From assembly GCA_041497195.1 (NCBI GenBank), contig JBGQGB010000002.1, forward strand, positions 108,140-172,139: 64,000 nt of DNA, in the 5' to 3' direction. Shown in pieces: positions 18,211 through 27,362 of this stretch. The position numbers were made by a program, and so were the translations under genes. This DNA comes from Candidatus Doudnabacteria bacterium (lineage in GTDB: Bacteria; Patescibacteriota; Doudnabacteria; UBA920; 2-01-FULL-46-14). The number at the start of each line of letters is the position of its first letter. The first letter of the stretch is position 1. The notes under the pieces are model-generated. The model was not told where the DNA came from. It searched no databases and was given only the letters and a program-made list of their open reading frames with translations.

Positions 18211-19941
18211 ATGAAAAATTCGGAGATAGCGAAAATTTTGAGACATATGGCTGTCTTTTACGAAATGCAAGATGCACCTTTTAAGCCGCGCGCTTACGAA
18301 AAAGCCGCGCAAGCAATTGCGGATTTTGACGAGCAAATGACTGACGTTTACCGCCGGGATGGGGCGGCTGGTTTTCGTAAAATTCCTGGTGTGGGGCCGG
18401 GGATTGGCGAACATCTGGATGAGCTGGTCAATACTGGACGTTTGAAAAAATATGAAGCGCTGAGAAAGAAGTTTCCGATAAATCTGGACGAACTGGGAAA
18501 CCTCCAGGGAGTCGGCCCCAAGACCTTGAAAGCTTTATACCAAAAATTGAAAGTAAAAAATCTTCGCGACTTGGGGCACGCACTGGCAAAACATCAGGTC
18601 AGCCGACTTCCCGGTTTCGGCAAATTGACTGAGGAGAAAATCTACAAAAGTTTCCAATTCCAGAAATCCCACTCCGGCCGATTTTTGCTCGGAGACGTGT
18701 ACCCGATAGTGCGGGATTTATCTCACCGTCTAGAATTTTCCGGACTCTTTACCAAAGTCATGGTCGGCGGGTCTTATCGCCGCATGCAGGAAACAGTGGG
18801 AGATATTGACATCCTAGCCGTTGCCAAAGACCCTAAAAGGGCAGGTAATTTTTTTGCCCGGCTGCCTGAGGTGGTTCGAGTGCTGGAGCATGGAGAAAGC
18901 AAGTCGGAGATTATGCTCGAACACGGTTTGCAGGTGGATTTGCGATTGGTTCAAGAAAAGAACTGGGGGGCGGCTTCGCAATATTTTACTGGGGACAAGG
19001 CTCACAACGTCAAACTTCGCAAAATCGCTATCAGTAAAGGCCTGAAACTTTCGGAGTACGGTCTGTTTCGCGGCAACAAAATGGTGGCTGGGAAGACTGA
19101 GGAAGAAGTTTATAAAAAGCTCGGAATGGCGTGGGTACCTCCGGAGTTACGCACGGACAGTGGCGAAATCGAGGCGGCGCAAAAAAATCAGTTGCCGAAA
19201 CTCCTGGAATACGGACAGCTCAGAGGCGATTTGCAAGTGCAGACCGACTGGACTGACGGAGCCAACTCAATTGCGCAAATGGCTGAGGCCGCGCAAAAAC
19301 TTGGTCGCGAGTATATCTGCATCACTGATCACACGACATCTCTGTATATGACCGGCGGCTTGAACGCGAAAAAGCTTGAGAAACAGGGTCAGGAAATCAA
19401 GAAATTGAATGCCAAATTCAAAAAACAAAACTTAAAATTTCTGATTTTGCACGGGGCCGAGGTCAATATTTTGAAAGACGGCAGCTTGGACATCTCGGAC
19501 AAGATGCTCTCAAAACTGGACGTGGTCGGCGTTTCCATCCATTCCTTATTTAATTTGACCCGTAGCGACATGACCAAGCGCATCGAGAAAGCCCTTTCTA
19601 ATCCTAATGTTGATATATTTTTCCACCCGACTACTCGCGTCATTCAAAAGCGCGACCCGATTGATTTTGATTTCGCGCGCATCTTGGCTGTCGCCAAGAA
19701 ACATAAAGTCGCCCTGGAAATTGACGCTTTGCCTGACCGGCTGGACATCCACGATACCCTGGTCCGTCAGGCGATCAATGGCGGAGTCAAGCTGACCATC
19801 GATTCGGACGCCCATAGTGTCCACCATCTCGATTTTTTGCGTTTTGGGGAGGGGCAGGCGCGGCGGGGCTGGGCGCAGGCCAAAGATGTTCTCAATACTT
19901 TGCCAGCGAACCAACTCCTGGAATATTTTCGAAAGAAGTGA
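18211..19941 (+). CDS. polX: DNA polymerase X family protein with C-terminal PHP domain
   Basis: Pol-beta-like N-terminus (HhH IPGVGPGIGEHL; GSYRRMQETVGDIDIL nucleotidyltransferase motif) and PHP domain (ITDHT…HGAEV…DSDAHS). Confidence 0.8.
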   Translation: MKNSEIAKILRHMAVFYEMQDAPFKPRAYEKAAQAIADFDEQMTDVYRRDGAAGFRKIPGVGPGIGEHLDELVNTGRLKKYEALRKKFPINLDELGNLQGVGPKTLKALYQKLKVKNLRDLGHALAKHQVSRLPGFGKLTEEKIYKSFQFQKSHSGRFLLGDVYPIVRDLSHRLEFSGLFTKVMVGGSYRRMQETVGDIDILAVAKDPKRAGNFFARLPEVVRVLEHGESKSEIMLEHGLQVDLRLVQEKNWGAASQYFTGDKAHNVKLRKIAISKGLKLSEYGLFRGNKMVAGKTEEEVYKKLGMAWVPPELRTDSGEIEAAQKNQLPKLLEYGQLRGDLQVQTDWTDGANSIAQMAEAAQKLGREYICITDHTTSLYMTGGLNAKKLEKQGQEIKKLNAKFKKQNLKFLILHGAEVNILKDGSLDISDKMLSKLDVVGVSIHSLFNLTRSDMTKRIEKALSNPNVDIFFHPTTRVIQKRDPIDFDFARILAVAKKHKVALEIDALPDRLDIHDTLVRQAINGGVKLTIDSDAHSVHHLDFLRFGEGQARRGWAQAKDVLNTLPANQLLEYFRKK

Positions 19942-19966
19942 TATATTCAAATTAGGCAAAACTCAT

Positions 19967-20704
19967 ATGGCGAAACCAACACGGAAGGACAATATTCGCG
20001 TTCCGCCCATCCCGAAGCATCAGCACGAGGAGGATTTTGGGGCGGAGACCTTTGATTACGACAACAATCCGTCTTGGCGGATTTTCCGGATTATGGCCGA
20101 GTTCGTAGATGGATTCAATTTTATTACCCAGTTTCAAAAGACGGTGACTTTTTTCGGTTCGTCGCGTTTTGACGAAAAAAACCAACACTACCGCGCCGCG
20201 CAAAAATTAGGCCGGCTGTTGGCCCGGGAAGGTTATACGATCATCACCGGCGGTGGGCCAGGCATCATGGAAGCGGCGAATAAGGGCGCGGTCGAGGGAA
20301 AAGGCCAGTCAGTGGGACTCAATATCCAGCTGCCATTTGAGCAACGCATAAATCCTTATGTAAAAAGGGCCATTGCGTTCAACTATTTTTTTACTCGGAA
20401 AGTAATGCTGGCTTATTCAGCCAAGGCATTCGTTGTTTTTCCGGGCGGGTACGGGACCTTGGACGAAACGTTTGAGCTTTTGACTTTGCGGCAGACGCAC
20501 AAAATCAATCCGCGCACCCCGATTATTTTGGTTGGCAAGGACTATTGGACCCCGTTGACTGACTGGCTGCGCGATAACGTAGTCAAACGCCACGGAACTA
20601 TTGATGCGGCAGAACTGAAACTATGGCAATTAGTTGATACGCCGGAAGAGGTTATGGAAATTATTCAAGCTACCAAGCTGAAACCTAGTCCCGGCCAAAA
20701 ATAA
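19967..20704 (+). CDS. LOG family protein (cytokinin riboside 5'-monophosphate phosphoribohydrolase-like, TIGR00730)
   Basis: GGGPGIMEAANKGA…PGGYGTLDE motifs. Confidence 0.75.
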   Translation: MAKPTRKDNIRVPPIPKHQHEEDFGAETFDYDNNPSWRIFRIMAEFVDGFNFITQFQKTVTFFGSSRFDEKNQHYRAAQKLGRLLAREGYTIITGGGPGIMEAANKGAVEGKGQSVGLNIQLPFEQRINPYVKRAIAFNYFFTRKVMLAYSAKAFVVFPGGYGTLDETFELLTLRQTHKINPRTPIILVGKDYWTPLTDWLRDNVVKRHGTIDAAELKLWQLVDTPEEVMEIIQATKLKPSPGQK

Positions 20705-20720
20705 ATCGGCTTTTGAGACA

Positions 20721-20753
20721 AAAAACCGCTCATATCTTGGAGCGGTTTTCATT
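20721..20753. terminator. Bidirectional rho-independent terminator between convergent genes
   Basis: AAAACCGCTC-loop-GAGCGGTTTT with A-run and T-run flanks. Confidence 0.65.
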
Positions 20754-21984
20754 TTGCGGCCAGAAAATACAGATAAGTCAGACTCAGTCCGGTGACGAGC
20801 ACTATGCAAGCCCACCCGGCCATGTTCCAGGCAAGAGAGTTTTTGTATTTGCCCATGATATCCTCTCGGTTCAAGAGCTTCATCAAAAAATAAAACAAGA
20901 CTGGCAGCAAAAATGTGTTCAAGGCCTGCGAAACGACGAGGATCTTGAACAGCGGAATGCCCGGGATCAAGATCAAAAGTGATGTGGAGACGATGCAGAA
21001 CAAGAAAGTCTTATAGAAAGTCGGCGCCCGCTTGAAACCTAGGTCCACCTTTCCTTCCCAGCCGAACGCTTCCGTTATCATATAAGCGGTGGAGATGGTC
21101 ACCACCCCCGCACCCAGCATGGATGCATTGTAAAGACCCCACGCAAATAGGTGCTCCGCCAGTACTCCGGCGAAAGGTTTGAGCGCGAGCGCTGCGTCGG
21201 CCGCATCCTGGATGCGGATATGCTTGGCAAAAAGAGTGGCCGTTGTTGCGATAATAATGAAGAACGCGATGAAATCAGTCCAAAACGAGCCGATGTAAAT
21301 GTCCGCCCGGGCGATTGACAGATCTTTGGGCTTGATGTTTTTTTCCGCGAAATACGACTGTATAAAAAATTGTCCCCAGATTGTCACCGTCGTTCCGACC
21401 AGAGCAACGGCCAAAAAGAGGAAATCCTTGTTTGGCTGCCAGGACGGAACCGTCGTGGCTTTGAGTGCGGCTGCCCAGTCCGGGTGTGCGAGAAATCCGG
21501 CAAAAACGTAGCCGACATAGAGAATCGAGGAAGTGAGAAATATCCGCTGCACATTCTTGAAGTTGCCGGAAATGACCACCCAGCTGATGAGCGCGGCAGA
21601 GGGTAAGACCAGCAGCCAGGCTGGAAGCGCGTAGATTTTTCCGACTGACGCGATGCCGGCGAACTCCGCGAGGATATTGGCCCAATTTGCCACAAATGCC
21701 AGGACGACCAGAAAAAATGTGGCGCGAAAATCAAAATTTTCGCGGATAAGCGCAGCCAGTCCTTTTCCTGAGACGATACCTAGGCGTCCGCCCATTTCCT
21801 GGGTGATTGCCAGCACGAAGGTCACCAAAAAGAGCACCCACAAGAGAGCGTATCCAAACTGAGCGCCGGCGATCGAATAAGTAGCCACCCCGCCGGCGTC
21901 ATTGTCCGCGGTGCCAGCTATGATGCCAGGCCCGATGATACTCATTATCAGTAGTAGCCTTCGCCAGAATTTCGATTGTTTCAT
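20749..21984 (-). CDS. mntH: NRAMP-family divalent metal cation (Mn2+/Fe2+) transporter
   Basis: GPGIIAGTADNDAGGVATYSIAGAQFGYALLWVL Nramp consensus and about 11 TM helices. Confidence 0.75.
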   Translation of the reverse strand: MKQSKFWRRLLLIMSIIGPGIIAGTADNDAGGVATYSIAGAQFGYALLWVLFLVTFVLAITQEMGGRLGIVSGKGLAALIRENFDFRATFFLVVLAFVANWANILAEFAGIASVGKIYALPAWLLVLPSAALISWVVISGNFKNVQRIFLTSSILYVGYVFAGFLAHPDWAAALKATTVPSWQPNKDFLFLAVALVGTTVTIWGQFFIQSYFAEKNIKPKDLSIARADIYIGSFWTDFIAFFIIIATTATLFAKHIRIQDAADAALALKPFAGVLAEHLFAWGLYNASMLGAGVVTISTAYMITEAFGWEGKVDLGFKRAPTFYKTFLFCIVSTSLLILIPGIPLFKILVVSQALNTFLLPVLFYFLMKLLNREDIMGKYKNSLAWNMAGWACIVLVTGLSLTYLYFLAAK

Positions 21985-21987
21985 GAT

Positions 21988-23193
21988 TTACGCGCTGGGG
22001 AATATCGCCCGCATCACATCGTCAATGGTAACGACGCCGAGCATTTTTTTTGACTTGTCGATCACAGCAATCGAATTAAGATTGTATTTGGTCATTTGAT
22101 GGGCGACTACTTTGAGTGATTGATGCGGACTGAGGACCGGCAATCCGCGCGCCGTTTTCATAATTTCTTTGATGGTCTGAGTGGGTTTTGCCACCATCAA
22201 ACGCCTGAGAGACAAAACTCCTCTGAGAGTTCCTTGCTCATCGGTCACGTACAAATAGTAAATAGAACGGAAGTTTTCGGACAGACGACGGACATCGTCG
22301 ATTGTTTGGCTGGCAGTCGAGTTGGGCCGCACCGAAATAAACTCCGTGTTCATCAGCCCTCCGGCCGCATCGTCCTGGTAATGCAGGAGGCTTTGCAAGT
22401 GTTTGGCACGACCGTTTTGAATGTAGGAAATCAGTTCTCGCGCCCGGTTGCGCGGCAGCAACTGGACCAGGTCCACGAAATCATCAATGGACATCTCTTC
22501 CCCGATTTTAGCGGCGCGCTCGGGACCGAGCCACTCGACCAGGAGTTTTTTGATTTTCGGTTCCACTTCTTGGAGGACGCGAGCAGCGGTGCTGCGGTCC
22601 AGGGATTGCATCAGCCTTCCTCCTTTTTTGATACTTAGATCCTCTATGATATTGGCCAGATCAGCCGGGTGGAGTTTGACCAGCTGCTTGGCCGCACTTT
22701 GGATTTGCACCGTTCCTTTGATAACGTAGGCGTCTTTCCAGTCGATGAGTTTTATGGGCAGCCGGTTGAAGAGGTCGAGTCGGTCCACCCCGAGGCGGCG
22801 CAAGAGCCCTTTAGTGCTGATGTCAATGCCGACCACGGACATCCCTTTGGCCGTCGCGCTGAACTGCAAATCGTTGACGCGCACGACGCGGGCGCCTTCC
22901 ACGTCTATGATCTGTTGGTCCAAAACATCCCGCCTCAGGAGATTGAAGTTTTCGTTCGGGGCGGTCCGAGGAATTCGCTCGGAGATGCCGTTGAGGTTGA
23001 CGGTGCCCTCGCCGAGGTTTTCCACGTACTGATAGGGGATCCACTCGGTTTTGCGGTTTTTATTGACAGCAAGAAATAGCAGCGGGTCGTATTCGCCCAT
23101 TTTTATTGATAGTGCGATATCCTCGAGTTTACCAAGTTTTTGGCCGGCTCTGTCTACTACTGAGGAGCCGAGCAGGGAACTGAAGAAAATCAT
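21988..23193 (-). CDS. Soluble PRC-barrel / MgtE-N / tandem-CBS domain protein (no transmembrane domain)
   Basis: N-terminal PRC-barrel-like repeats, an MgtE_N-like helical region (HPADLANIIEDLS…), and a CBS pair (…GVLSLRRLM…LGVVTIDDVMRAI). It stops 3 nt before the NRAMP start. Confidence 0.6.
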   Translation of the reverse strand: MIFFSSLLGSSVVDRAGQKLGKLEDIALSIKMGEYDPLLFLAVNKNRKTEWIPYQYVENLGEGTVNLNGISERIPRTAPNENFNLLRRDVLDQQIIDVEGARVVRVNDLQFSATAKGMSVVGIDISTKGLLRRLGVDRLDLFNRLPIKLIDWKDAYVIKGTVQIQSAAKQLVKLHPADLANIIEDLSIKKGGRLMQSLDRSTAARVLQEVEPKIKKLLVEWLGPERAAKIGEEMSIDDFVDLVQLLPRNRARELISYIQNGRAKHLQSLLHYQDDAAGGLMNTEFISVRPNSTASQTIDDVRRLSENFRSIYYLYVTDEQGTLRGVLSLRRLMVAKPTQTIKEIMKTARGLPVLSPHQSLKVVAHQMTKYNLNSIAVIDKSKKMLGVVTIDDVMRAIFPSA

Positions 23194-23235
23194 ACTTTAG
23201 TCGGTACGAAAAATTTACCGCTCAAGTTTGCCACT

Positions 23236-23274
23236 TACTAAATCAAACATCCCCGCTATCGGAGCCTGGGGATG
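23236..23274 (-). terminator. Terminator downstream of trxA (minus strand)
   Basis: CATCCCC…GGGGATG 7-bp stem with a T-run on the minus strand. Confidence 0.5.
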
Positions 23275-23282
23275 TATAAGGA

Positions 23283-23600
23283 TTATAAATGTTTTTCTAC
23301 GTGCTTGACGAGTTCAGTCTTGGGCATTGTTCCTATCAGTTCGTCCACGATTTTTCCGCTCTTGAAAATTTTGAGATTGGGGATACTGACGACATGGTAA
23401 TCGGAGGCGATTTGCGGGTGGTCGTCGACATTGAGTTTGCCGACCTTTAAGCGGCCTTTGTATTTTTCCGCTATTTCTGCCACTGCTGGGGCAATGGCGT
23501 GGCAAGGCATGCACCATTCTGCCCAAAAATCAACCAGAACGGGGATTGGGGATTCGACTACCTCTGCTTTGAAATTGTCACTATCAAGCTTTACTTCCAT
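23283..23600 (-). CDS. trxA: Thioredoxin with a variant CMPC active site
   Basis: VLVDFWAEWCMPCHAIAP…; the canonical motif is WCGPC. Confidence 0.85.
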   Translation of the reverse strand: MEVKLDSDNFKAEVVESPIPVLVDFWAEWCMPCHAIAPAVAEIAEKYKGRLKVGKLNVDDHPQIASDYHVVSIPNLKIFKSGKIVDELIGTMPKTELVKHVEKHL

Positions 23601-23658
23601 TTTTTCCTAGTCTTATTTTTTTTCAATTGTCTGGTAATTATAGATTATTTTATGCGAT

Positions 23659-23687
23659 TTGTCAATTTTGAGCTTACGAGCTATGAT
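23659..23687 (+). promoter_or_regulatory. Promoter TTGTCA-17-TATGAT for the dacA-like gene
   Basis: TTGTCA at 23659-23664, TATGAT at 23682-23687. Confidence 0.5.
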
Positions 23688-23725
23688 AAATGCTGACATG
23701 CTGGTATTAATTTCAAGCGTTTTCC

Positions 23726-24673
23726 GTGGCTGAAACAAAAAAGTATCTTATTTTTTTGCTGCTGGCAGTATTTTTGAGCATTTTTATTTTTTTCGGGCAG
23801 GCTCAAACAGCGGGGCAGGTAGGCGGCGCGTACGTGCAAGCTCAGGCGCTTCCCGGTTTTCCCCAGGTGCCGGATCGCTCAGTTGGCCGGCCGCCGGTAG
23901 AAGTCGCGCAGCCTTCAGAGCTCACACTTTCCGCCCGGGCGGTTTTGGTCAAAGACCGGAACTCGGGAGTGGTCCTGTATGAAGCCAATTCGCAAGAGGC
24001 CGTTCCGGTCGCAAGCCTCACAAAACTCATGACTGCCATAGTTGTCCACCAGCGAGCGTCACTTGACGACATAGTGGAGATAACGCCGCAAGACACAAAA
24101 ACCCCGGAGTATCGGATTGAGTTGCTGCCAGGAGAAAAAATTCGTGTCCAAGCGCTTTTGGAGGCAATGTTGGTTTCCTCAGCCAATGACGCGGCTGAGG
24201 CTTTGGCCCAGTTTGTCGGCGGGACCACGAATTTGTTTGTGCAGGAGATGAATGATGAGGCCAAGGCTTTGGGCATGAACAACACCAATTTTACAAACCC
24301 GGTCGGTTTTGACGATCCCAATCACTATGCGTCCGCTGCGGATTTGTCGATTTTAGTCGGGGAGTTTATGCGCTATCCGGATCTCCTGGAAATGGTGCGT
24401 CTCAAATCAGCCACCGTCGCTTCGGTCAATGGTCAGTATCAGCACCAGCTCGGTACGACCAACAAATTGATGCTCGCACACGAAGACGTGGTCGGACTGA
24501 AAACTGGTTATACTTCCGAGGCTAAGGGCAATCTCATACTTTTGGTGAACACGAGCGACGACATCGGGCCATCATCTGACGGTTATTATTCGATAATCTT
24601 GGGCAGCAGCAACCGTGAAGCCGAAAGCGAAAAAGTCATGAGCTGGGTCAAGGAGAATTATAAATGGAATTAA
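23726..24673 (+). CDS. dacA: D-alanyl-D-alanine carboxypeptidase (peptidase S11, PBP5-like)
   Basis: SxxK (ASLTKLMTA), SxN (SSAND) and KTG (KTGYT) motifs. Signal/TM N-terminus. Confidence 0.75.
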   Translation: MAETKKYLIFLLLAVFLSIFIFFGQAQTAGQVGGAYVQAQALPGFPQVPDRSVGRPPVEVAQPSELTLSARAVLVKDRNSGVVLYEANSQEAVPVASLTKLMTAIVVHQRASLDDIVEITPQDTKTPEYRIELLPGEKIRVQALLEAMLVSSANDAAEALAQFVGGTTNLFVQEMNDEAKALGMNNTNFTNPVGFDDPNHYASAADLSILVGEFMRYPDLLEMVRLKSATVASVNGQYQHQLGTTNKLMLAHEDVVGLKTGYTSEAKGNLILLVNTSDDIGPSSDGYYSIILGSSNREAESEKVMSWVKENYKWN

Positions 24674-25683
24674 TCAGTGCAAGTTTAATCAGAGTTTTTT
24701 CCCTGACCACGATTGGTTTTTTGGTGGCCATAATCTGGACGCCGTTTTTGGCAAGCTTTTTGTACAAATACAAGCTGGTCAAACAGTTGAGACAGAAAAG
24801 TTGGGACGGACAGCCAGCCAAACTGTTTCGGAAGCTGCATCACAAAAAGCGCGGCACCCCGACAATGGGTGGTTTGCTCATCTGGGTAACTGCGGCCATA
24901 GTGACTGTGTTTTTCAATTTGTCTCGTTCCCAGACGTGGCTCCCTGTGTTTGTTTTGGTCGCTTCCGGAGTACTGGGACTTATCGACGACTATTTGAACG
25001 TCAGGGAAATCAATCTGGTAAAAGGCTTGACGACTAAGTTGAAATTCTTATTTCAATTTTTGATCGCCGGTTTGGGGGCCTGGTGGTTTTATTATAAACT
25101 GGAGTTTTCCAATATTCGTATTCCAGCTGCGGAATTTTTACATTTGCCCGCCAGTCTGGAAATCGGGTGGTTTTATGTCCCTTTGTTTGTTTTGACCGTG
25201 GTCTTCATTTCCAATGCCGTGAACATCACGGACGGCTTGGACGGTTTGGCTGGCGGCACTTTGGCGGCAAGCTTTGCCGCGATTATGGGGATTGCTTTGG
25301 TCCAGGGGCAGGTTGGCATCGCTGCTTTCGCGGGCACCATCATCGGGGCGCTTTTGGCATTTTTGTGGTTTAATATTTTTCCGGCCCGGTTTTTTATGGG
25401 CGATACAGGTGCGTTTGCTTTGGGGGCCACTCTCGCAGTCTTGGCTTTTTTAACCAATACGGTTTTGCTATTGCCGATCATCGCATTTGTTTTTGTCATT
25501 GAAGCGTTTTCCTCCCTCCTGCAGCGTTTCAGCAAGAGATATCTCGGCCGTAAGATTTTCCTGATCGCTCCGCTGCATCACCATTTAGAGGCGGTGGGAT
25601 GGCCGGAAACAAAAGTTACCATGCGTTTTTGGGTCGTGGCAGCGGTGACCGCCACAATTGGATTTATAATTGGATTGACATGA
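24664..25683 (+). CDS. mraY: Phospho-N-acetylmuramoyl-pentapeptide transferase
   Basis: MraY conserved blocks (NAVNITDGLDGLA, FMGDTG, LIAPLHHHLE). Confidence 0.9.
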   Translation: MELISASLIRVFSLTTIGFLVAIIWTPFLASFLYKYKLVKQLRQKSWDGQPAKLFRKLHHKKRGTPTMGGLLIWVTAAIVTVFFNLSRSQTWLPVFVLVASGVLGLIDDYLNVREINLVKGLTTKLKFLFQFLIAGLGAWWFYYKLEFSNIRIPAAEFLHLPASLEIGWFYVPLFVLTVVFISNAVNITDGLDGLAGGTLAASFAAIMGIALVQGQVGIAAFAGTIIGALLAFLWFNIFPARFFMGDTGAFALGATLAVLAFLTNTVLLLPIIAFVFVIEAFSSLLQRFSKRYLGRKIFLIAPLHHHLEAVGWPETKVTMRFWVVAAVTATIGFIIGLT

Positions 25684-27254
25684 CATTTGATTTGCTAATT
25701 CGCGGGGGAACGATTTTGGACGGGGTGGCCAACGACGGTCGGCTCGCTGATATCGGCATCACTAAGGGACAAATCAAAGTCATCGGGAATTTGCGCACAG
25801 CCCAAGCGCGTGTCGTTATCGAGGCTTTGAACAAGTATGTCAGCCCCGGGTTTATTGATGTGCAGAGCCACTCGGATTCGTACCTGACCTTGTTGGATAT
25901 TCCGCTCCAGGAGAGCTTGTTGACTCAGGGGATTACTACGATTGTCGTCGGTCAATGCGGGACTTCTCTGGCCCCGCTGGCGAGCCCCGAGGCTTTAAAG
26001 TCAGTGCAAAAATGGAGCAGCCTCTCGGGTGCTAATCTCAATTGGCTGACTTTTGGCGAATATTGCGACGCGCTGGCGCGGTATCCGTTGGGGGTGAATG
26101 TTTTGAGCCTGACCGGACACTCGACCTTGCGGCGCGGACTCTTGCGCGACGAAATCCGTCCGGCCACAGGCGAAGAAGTCAACATTATGAGCAAAATGCT
26201 TTCAGACAGTCTCGATGCCGGAGCGGCCGGGATGTCGATGGGGCTCATCTACGCGCACGAGGTCGACGCCAGTTCCGAGGAGCTGCAGCAAACCGCGCGC
26301 CTGGTTGCCCAGCGAAACAAGCTTCTGAGCGTGCACCTTCGGTCTGAAGGGGCACATATTGTCGATGCCTTGAACGAAGTGGTCGGATTGGCCGAAAGAG
26401 CCGGGGCGCGGTTGAAGATTTCCCATTTCAAAATTCACGGCAAACAAAATTGGCAATTTTTTGAGCAGGCTCTTAACGTGATCGACCGTGCTTATCAGAA
26501 GGGGATTGACATATTTTTTGACGTCTATCCGTACGCCACATCTTGGACCGTTTTGTATACTTATTTGCCGAAGTGGGCGTACGAGGGTGGCCGCGCCGCG
26601 ATTTTGCAAAATCTCAAGAACCCGGGCAGTCGGGACAGGATTTTGGCCTATCTCAGAGACCAGGATTTGAATCTGGGAACCATTTTTGTCGCCACTTCCG
26701 AGAAAACCGCGTCGGCGTTTGTGGGAAAAACCTTGGCGCAAATTGCCGTGAACCAGGAAATTTCCGTTGAAGAGGCGCTTTTGAACGTTCTCTCCGCCAC
26801 CCAGACGCAGGTCATAGTTTTTGACCAGAATTTGTCGTCTGAGCTGGTAGATACGCTTCTCAAACACCCTCTGTCGGTCGTGGCCAGTGATGGCGCGGGT
26901 TATGATTTGGCCTACTCGTCAGTCCATGGTCTGGTTCACCCGCGCTGTTTCGGAACAATGCCGAAATTTTTATCGATGGTTCGCGATCGTAAACTGATGG
27001 ACTGGGCGGCGGCAATCAAAAAAATCACATCTCGCCCGGCAGAAAAGTTGGGACTCAAGGGTCTTGGCAAACTGCAGGAAGGCGCGATTGCTGACTTGGT
27101 CGTATTTGATCCCCGTGCCGTGGGGTCGCGCGCGTCTTATGAAAACCCCTACCAGCAGGCCGACGGGATTGATTGGGTCATTTTAAACGGAAAAGTCGGT
27201 TACAACGGGAGAGATTTGCGCATGTCCGCAGCAGGGCGGGTGATAAAGCTCTAA
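25680..27254 (+). CDS. N-acyl-D-amino-acid deacylase (D-aminoacylase) family amidohydrolase
   Basis: LIRGGTILDG…PGFIDVQSHSD metal-binding N-terminus and domain order typical of D-aminoacylases. The start ATG overlaps the mraY stop (ATGA). Confidence 0.65.
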   Translation: MTFDLLIRGGTILDGVANDGRLADIGITKGQIKVIGNLRTAQARVVIEALNKYVSPGFIDVQSHSDSYLTLLDIPLQESLLTQGITTIVVGQCGTSLAPLASPEALKSVQKWSSLSGANLNWLTFGEYCDALARYPLGVNVLSLTGHSTLRRGLLRDEIRPATGEEVNIMSKMLSDSLDAGAAGMSMGLIYAHEVDASSEELQQTARLVAQRNKLLSVHLRSEGAHIVDALNEVVGLAERAGARLKISHFKIHGKQNWQFFEQALNVIDRAYQKGIDIFFDVYPYATSWTVLYTYLPKWAYEGGRAAILQNLKNPGSRDRILAYLRDQDLNLGTIFVATSEKTASAFVGKTLAQIAVNQEISVEEALLNVLSATQTQVIVFDQNLSSELVDTLLKHPLSVVASDGAGYDLAYSSVHGLVHPRCFGTMPKFLSMVRDRKLMDWAAAIKKITSRPAEKLGLKGLGKLQEGAIADLVVFDPRAVGSRASYENPYQQADGIDWVILNGKVGYNGRDLRMSAAGRVIKL

Positions 27255-27276
27255 AACAAAGCCTCGCCTTCTTAGA

Positions 27277-27296
27277 AACGCCGCCAGGGCGTTTTT
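27277..27296 (+). terminator. Hairpin with T-run between the D-aminoacylase and murD
   Basis: AACGCC-GCCAG-GGCGTT then TTTTTG. Confidence 0.45.
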
Positions 27297-27362
27297 GTGG
27301 TAAAATATGAGAAAGTCCCCTCGTCTGAAAGTCGCAAAGTTTTACTCGCTTATGAGATTTTT

